Below, piece after piece: positions 35,434-40,132 of a stretch of DNA of 40,132 nucleotides. Made by a program: the position numbers and the translations under genes. Origin of the DNA: Toensbergia leucococca (lineage: Eukaryota); contig JALDZS010000208.1 in NCBI GenBank assembly GCA_022813965.1, positions 1-40,132 of the forward strand, written 5' to 3'. The notes beneath the pieces were generated by a model that worked only from the letters and a program-made list of their open reading frames with translations, made no database searches and had not been told where the DNA came from. How positions within the stretch are numbered: position 1 is the first letter of the stretch; each line of letters opens with the position of its first letter.

Positions 35434-36309
35434 ATGAGTTCTCAACCGGATCAAGCAGCCGCAACTCCACAGCAAATGCGAGCGGACTTGACCATTCCTT
35501 CGACCCAGCAGCCACTCACGACTGCTACCGAGCTAGACACCACCCCCCAGGGATCAAAAGGAAAGCTGTCGGAAAGCTTCCTTCACCTCTTCGGAATCGA
35601 AGAGGCTAATGGACAATATTATACAGCAATAAAGAATGATCTCAACGCCATCCCAGATAGGGTAAGGAAGGCAGTCGAGAAAGTAGCTCGGCTTGATAAT
35701 CGGCTCCAAGTCATAGTTGAAGACATCCGCGTCCATCGTGGATATGTTACTGCCCTGGGGCGACAGGTGCAAAACTTAAGAAGCCAAGTAACAATAGTAA
35801 GTGGAAGCTTCGTGCGTCCGGCAGCCCCTGAGGGATACGATCCTACCTGGATCGAGGCCTATGAAACGCAGGGAGGGATGGGTGTCATTTTGCCAGGACG
35901 AGGGCCAATGGTGGAGGGTGAGGCGGGGGCCTGGATGGTCGCCCATCTCGAATTCTATATCTTACACCAAGCCACAAGGCAATTAGGGAAGATGGTGTGG
36001 GCCCGCAAGAGGCTCGGTGAGAGGATCCGGAGGCTGGAATCGAGAATTGAGGAGATGAGGACGAGATTAGACGGGGGACCGGCGTTTTTACGAGGCATAC
36101 AAGCAGATGCCCGTATCATCCGCCAAGAGATATATCGGTGTGTAAGGTTGGAGGATGAAGGGGGTGCATGGGTTGCGGAGAGTATGGACCCAGCGACGCA
36201 GACAGCGATTGGTAGGATAATGGGGAGGACATGGGCGAGTAATGAGGCCAGGGCCGGGCCAAACAATGGAAGCCAAGAGAGCGAAGAGGAGGCGGAGGGT
36301 GAGACGTGA
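35434..36309 (+). CDS. Hypothetical intronless 291-aa helical/coiled-coil protein
   Basis: Uninterrupted ORF with two heptad-like segments (VRKAVEKVARLDNRLQVI...LRSQV; LGERIRRLESRIEEMRTRL) and an acidic tail. No family recognised. Confidence 0.65.
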   Translation: MSSQPDQAAATPQQMRADLTIPSTQQPLTTATELDTTPQGSKGKLSESFLHLFGIEEANGQYYTAIKNDLNAIPDRVRKAVEKVARLDNRLQVIVEDIRVHRGYVTALGRQVQNLRSQVTIVSGSFVRPAAPEGYDPTWIEAYETQGGMGVILPGRGPMVEGEAGAWMVAHLEFYILHQATRQLGKMVWARKRLGERIRRLESRIEEMRTRLDGGPAFLRGIQADARIIRQEIYRCVRLEDEGGAWVAESMDPATQTAIGRIMGRTWASNEARAGPNNGSQESEEEAEGET

Positions 36310-36732
36310 GTGAGCCTGCAAGTAAGCAGAGAGAGCCAGAGAGCCTAGTGAGCAAGTCCAAGGAGTGTACGAAGCTGATTAATGGAAGGCGTGTAATGAC
36401 GGTACTAATTGTTTGTTTCTTTCATTTTTCAATAGTTTACTTTCAAGGTGATTGGAACCTAACACCCTTCACAATGATAAAGGGAATTGAGCTTGTTGCC
36501 GTAATCACCGATTTCAGATTCTATCAAATTGTCAGCTCCCTTCAATGGTTCACTGTCTCGGGTGACTGGCTGCCGACCCTTGCGGGGCTGCTTGGGAAAA
36601 TGCCGAGTTTTTGATGATCAGGGTAGGGAGATGAAAGGGAGGATATGCAGAAGTGAATGGGTCATCAATGCAACATCTGCCAAGTGAGAATACTCATCAT
36701 AGAGGCTGCAAAGCAAACGTAACCTCTCCAAT

Positions 36733-37561
36733 TCAAAAAAATCTCCACCAAATGAATACCAGCATGACAAGGGCCACGCCTCCTATAGGCCCATACTGTT
36801 TGAGCAACAATTCCCAATTGATTCTCACAGCAGCCCTCTTATACTTTCTAGAATCCTCCCTTAATCTCCCACTCATCTCCCCCATCCTCTCCAAGCTATC
36901 TCCCCTGTACAACAAATCCTCAATATTCTTAGTCATGACCTTTGTGACATCTCGCAGCTCGTCATTAAGTTTGTCTAAGTTTTGGGAAGCACGACTGTCT
37001 TGGTATGTTTTCTTCGTCCGCTGCATGAAGGTATCAAACTCGACAAAGGCATAAGGACGAAGGTTTGGGGCGAGGTATGTGGGAGCGGCATACGTGGTTG
37101 TGAATTCGGTAGAAAGATCAGTAAGGTAGGTAAAGGCTAGTTTTCGAGGGTAGGATTTGTCGCAGATGGTGAGGAAACATATTTCCGAGGTTATTAGGTA
37201 GCTATTCATTTTGGGCAGGGTCTACGTTAGGGCTTTTGCAAAGGAGTACAAGGAAGGTTGGCTTTTTACTGGATGGTATATTTGCCGCATTCGATGCTGG
37301 CTTCTGGTTCAGAATTGCGGTTCAGGCGGCGGAGGACCATTTTAGCGTTTGACTTTGGTTCGGAGAGTTCTGCTTCAGACTAAGGTAGGAGGGTGTTAGT
37401 CAAGGATATAGGAGGGTGACGAGAAGAAACGGACCTGCTCGTCGTCTATCGAGGCTGCTAACATGAGTCCTGGACACGTTTATCAGAGCTCGAGGATGGG
37501 AGACTATATTTCACGGTGCAGACCGACCATCTATCCTCGCGATTTGTGTTGATAGAACCAT
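36733..37561 (-). CDS. SEC22: Longin R-SNARE Sec22, 4 exons
   Basis: MVLSTQIARIDG|LMLAASIDDEQ|...ASIE...|YPRKLAFTYL, RPYAFVEFDTF, NIEDLLYRGDSL, C-terminal TM helix. Confidence 0.97.
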
Positions 37562-37910
37562 TTTTGCTGGGCGTTGACTCGGAAGAGTCCCTGCATCAGT
37601 AGACAAACCAGAGTGGGCACTTTTATGACAAGGCGCAGTAAGCAGGGGGGATGTACATGGTGTACAAGAAAAAGGAGTATTTGGGAAAGACTTTTAGATG
37701 CCACATTTGTCCCATTGCGGTGCGGATAGGATCACCAGCCATGTTACGGAGCTGTACGGTACGGAGCTAGTAATGATACGATGTATTAAAACCGGATCGG
37801 CTGAATTTATTTCCTCACTTCGCAATACACTTCGACATCTTCATCAACAGCAGACTTAGCCTGAGATTTAAAAGTGTTATCATTCTTAAAGGCATCAGTC
37901 GTGTTTCAAT

Positions 37911-39667
37911 ATGCCAGCCGATGATAATACTGGCCACCACCGCCGCGTGGATGACTTCTTCAATGAACTTCGAGTCAAGGAACTTGAAGAGATAGCCGGG
38001 CTCGCCGGGCTCACTATTGATCCGGCGCATACCGCGCTAGAAAGCTTGCACGGTAAAGTTACTGCTACGTCATGTTGCATTCAACACACTGAGCTACTGA
38101 CATTATCAGCAACGACCGATATGGGTAATGCAAAGACGCCTCCCAAGTCAAAGCCAAAGCCAAAGTCTAAGTACAAGATCAAAGCGCAAACCAAGAAACA
38201 AGCCGAGGACGCTGAGCGTGCTCGCAAGAAAGCAATCTGGGATGATGACGAGCAAGCCTTCACCAACAAGGACTCCCCAATGGCTACGATCAATCTCACT
38301 GTACGTCCTGGCCAAGTCCCTCACCTCAAGCCGATACTAAGACCAGTATAATATAGGCAGCATTTGCCCAAGAAGAGAGCTGGAAAGATGTCACACCTGA
38401 AGAATGGGCCGAAATCGCCACAACCATGCCAGAGCATATGCTCCATCCTGACGGCACTATCGACATGGATCAATTCTGGCAATTTGTCAAATACAGCCCC
38501 ATTTGGAAAGGTACCGTGCGCAACTTCCAAGAAGATCTTGCCGCTGGTCGTCGTGAGCCGGAATGGCTAGCTCAAGCAGCACAAGCGATGGAGGAGCGTG
38601 CAGAGGGCAAATTCGACGATTGGAAGGAGAAAAACTTTGAAGAGTTTTGGGGACAGAAGCAGAAAGTTGATACCAAGGCTCTCTCCGGTATGGCTGCCTC
38701 TTTGAAGTTGGATGTCCTCGTCAAAGGGAATTGTTTCAAGGTGGGAGATGTGTGGAGTTATGGGAGAACTTTTAAACGTGAAGGTGATCCTAAGATTTTC
38801 GTCGAGAAGAATGTCATGGTGAGTCCAACATACTTTTCCTTTATAAATCACTAGGCCTTCTCTGACGGCTATTAGATTGTTGCTATCGCCGAGAATAAGC
38901 TTACCTTTATCATCCCAACTGGGCGCCAAGTATTCTTGAAGCTCCGCGACACCGAAGATTCCAACAAGGACGATAAGACTACTGGTGGGACCAAGAACGG
39001 CAAAAAGGCTACCCATGAGATTAGCAAGGAAAACAGCCCTACTAAAGATGGCAAGAACGACGAAGACGTCCCTACGGGTAATTCCGACCAGCCAACGTCA
39101 GGTTCCAAAGCGACCGAAGGTTTTAAGAAGCACAAAGATCCCAACTCTACCCCTATCAAAGCCGCGGATCTCTCCGCTGCCGCTTCAGCCTCCGTCAAGC
39201 GTGCAAAATCAGCTTCCGAATCCCTTTCCCCCCTGTCCTCCGCCCCACCCTCCCCTTCCGTCAGCCCCGCTCCTCAAGCAATCTCCTCGAAAGGAGGCTC
39301 CGACCCGAAAAAGCGCAAAGTTCTCTCCTCAACCCCAACAACAACAAACGACACCACCACCGCCGCAACCTCCCTTGTCAAACGCGCCAAAAAGGGTTCG
39401 CAAATCCCCTCCTCCTCCTCCACCTACCCGCTCGAACTCCCCCTCGTAACCGAGCTTACCCAAAAATACACCTCCACGATAACCTTTACCCCCTTCGGTC
39501 CCACGGCGCTTGAAAACCGCATCCTTGAAATCGACGGGCGCATCACGCCGGAGAAGCGCTCGCATGCGAATGCGTGGAAGAGTTTCCGATGCTGGAGGGA
39601 TAATCAGGATATTGGCGGGTTGTGGGACGTGCGCGAGTTTTATTACGAGTACAAGCACCCGCATTAG
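37911..39667 (+). CDS. Asx-homology (ASXH/DEUBAD) domain protein; probable introns 38053-38109, 38301-38356, 38819-38875
   Basis: W...TPEEW.EI...MP ... FVKYSPIWKGTVRNFQEDLAAGRREPEWLAQAAQAMEERAEGKFDDWKEKNFEEFWGQKQ; C-terminal NAWKSFRCWRDNQDIG.LWDVRE. The start could instead be 38121. Confidence 0.85.
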
Positions 39668-40132
39668 TTGCGAGTTGGTGACTCGTATCTATCGCACGGG
39701 AGGAAGCTGCTCAGAAGCTGTGGTCGTGCTGACAACGAGAATAGGTTGCGATGAGAACACCAGGCGGGGGTTTTTCCAAAGTTTGGATGTGTTTAATGCG
39801 ATGATACCCCCCCTTTAAAGCGTGTGTGTTTTTTACAGTTTGAAAATAGATCGATCTTTTTTCACCTCTCTGTCCCCTGCCGCATAGATAGACAAACTCC
39901 ATTCAATCCAACCATCCAACCCACCGGTGAAAAAAAAATCATCTTCATGCTTCATGACTAATACCTCTACCCCGATGCAACCAGCTAACATCTCAAAACC
40001 CCTCCCTTCCCCCACCCAACTCATCACCCCCATGCCCCAAAACCCCCCACCCAACCAAACCCTTCACACCACCTCCCCAAAAAAAGAAACTCACATCCAC
40101 ATCCACATCCCCACCCCCATCCCAACTCCTCA

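Noticed and set aside
39960..40132. C/A-rich low-complexity tail
   Set aside because: Strand-skewed composition seen near several gene ends in this window; no defined repeat unit.

Overview
Genomic DNA from a filamentous ascomycete (Pezizomycotina), judged by short GT-AG introns with CTRAC/CTAAY branch points and RIP-like AT-rich islands. A lichen-forming or related lineage is plausible but cannot be proven from this window. The left ~22 kb is accessory-like. It holds a RIP-degraded LINE ORF1, several related long-TIR non-autonomous DNA elements (one only 64 bp with a perfect 8-bp TSD), a 3-exon cytochrome P450, an intronless PD-(D/E)xK-like gene, a HET-domain pseudogene with a microhomology-type deletion, a divergent Upc2-like Zn2Cys6/RTA1 pair whose shared promoter carries a phased array of seven SRE-like heptamers, and decayed ORFs. 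The right ~18 kb starts with a secreted deuterolysin (M35)-like protein lacking HExxH, then a compact housekeeping block (VPS55, PRE5, LOG, CLPTM1-like, GAP1-like permease, SEC22, ASXH protein). That block is interrupted by a CpG-depleted island and by an orphan ORF preceded by a ~112-120 bp tandem array. All family assignments come from motif recognition by eye; no searches were run.
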